A stretch of 64,000 nucleotides of DNA from Candidatus Babelota bacterium (GTDB lineage Bacteria; Babelota; Babeliae; Babelales; Babelaceae): contig JAMCTG010000002.1 in the NCBI GenBank assembly GCA_023379005.1, forward strand, positions 14,333 to 78,332, read 5' to 3'. This document shows, piece after piece, positions 63,359-64,000 of this stretch (positions are counted from its first letter, which is position 1; every line of letters begins with the position of its first letter). Under the pieces are notes generated by a model. It saw only the letters and a program-made list of their open reading frames with translations, did no database searches and had not been told where the DNA came from. The translations under genes were made by a program, and so were the position numbers.

Positions 63359-64000
63359 AATTAATAAACAAAATATTATTGATAGGCTCGGTTTTTTTGA
63401 TTTTGATTTTTACAGGTTATTCTAAATTCAATTCCGAAAAAGTTGATATTGTTATTTTTTCTTATGATAGACCAATGCAAGTTTATGCATTGCTTGAATC
63501 AATTCAAAAATATGTAAAAGGATATGGCCAAATATCTATGGTTTATCGTGTAAGCAATCAAGATTATAATGATGCTTATGAACAAGTAAAAAAAGATTTT
63601 TCATCAATTATTTATTTAAAGCAAGGACAAAACCCTAAAGATGATTTTAAAGATCTTACAATGCATGCTGCCTTTGAATCTCCAAATGAATACTTAGCAT
63701 TTTGTGTTGATGATGTTGTTGTAAAAGATAATTTAGATCTTTCATATTGTGCTACTAAATTAAAGCAAACAAATGCACATGCTTTTTTAGTGCGTCTTGG
63801 TAAAAATATTGTCCAATCTTATATGGGAAAATATAAAAGTCCTGTTCCGAAATTTGAAACCGTTGAAAATGGCTTACATTCATATATTTTTAGATATAGC
63901 AAAGGAGATTGGGCTTATCCAAATAATGTAGATTTTACAATTTATAGCAAACAAAAAATAAAAGGCATGCTAGAGAATATCCCAAAAGAAAATTTTCATA
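63355..64000 (+). CDS. membrane-anchored glycosyltransferase-like protein (5' partial, runs off the window)
   Basis: Not in the ORF track. The ATG at 63355 forms an ATGA overlap with the previous stop, and the frame is open to the window end (215 codons): MKLINKILLIGSVFLILIFTGYSKFNSEKVDIVIFSYDRPMQVYALLESI...AFCVDDVVV (GT-A-like hhhhSYDR start and DD-type motif). Confidence 0.5.
   Translation, partial: MKLINKILLIGSVFLILIFTGYSKFNSEKVDIVIFSYDRPMQVYALLESIQKYVKGYGQISMVYRVSNQDYNDAYEQVKKDFSSIIYLKQGQNPKDDFKDLTMHAAFESPNEYLAFCVDDVVVKDNLDLSYCATKLKQTNAHAFLVRLGKNIVQSYMGKYKSPVPKFETVENGLHSYIFRYSKGDWAYPNNVDFTIYSKQKIKGMLENIPKENFH

Overview
AT-rich (by eye about 25-30% GC), tightly packed bacterial chromosomal DNA with about 70 genes, the standard genetic code and many ATGA start/stop overlaps. 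Housekeeping genes present: csaA, comM, acpS, initiator tRNA-Met, a Nudix Ap4A hydrolase, murJ, a LolD-like ABC ATPase, an M16 peptidase, eno, tpiA, secG, mlaE/mlaF, moxR, clpB, uvrC, mutL and ugd. These are interleaved with a large accessory complement typical of an obligate intracellular, protist-associated bacterium. Composition and gene content resemble Dependentiae/TM6-type genomes, but that is inference only. The accessory genes include nine ankyrin-repeat genes (four in a tandem array with an F-box-like N-terminal motif, one of them interrupted by a nonsense codon) and two F-box-like proteins with a bilobed hydrophobic segment. There are also five tandem Hsp20/alpha-crystallin paralogs that all carry export leaders, three exported J-domain-like paralogs lacking HPD, a GH81 beta-1,3-glucanase, and a UDP-GlcA/UDP-Xyl-type sugar module in which every enzyme carries an N-terminal hydrophobic leader. 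The most unusual locus is one co-directional minus-strand block (42751 down to 28575). It runs tpiA-secG-mlaEF-moxR into two free-standing secretin N-domain mini-proteins alternating with ankyrin genes, then a composite gspC/secretin/pilMN-like/pilO-like/second-secretin operon. Cross-cutting signals: a leader-peptide signature with Met (or Gln) at the predicted cleavage junction in 21 (+7) proteins; short GC-rich islands sharing CTTCGC/GCGAAG/CGTAGC motifs (one in frame inside mutL, flanked by 9-bp direct repeats); and a G4/C4 palindrome pair upstream of clpB. I recognised no CRISPR array, rRNA, transposase or integrase. A 45-aa lysine-rich protein gene absent from the ORF track is called at 19967-20104.
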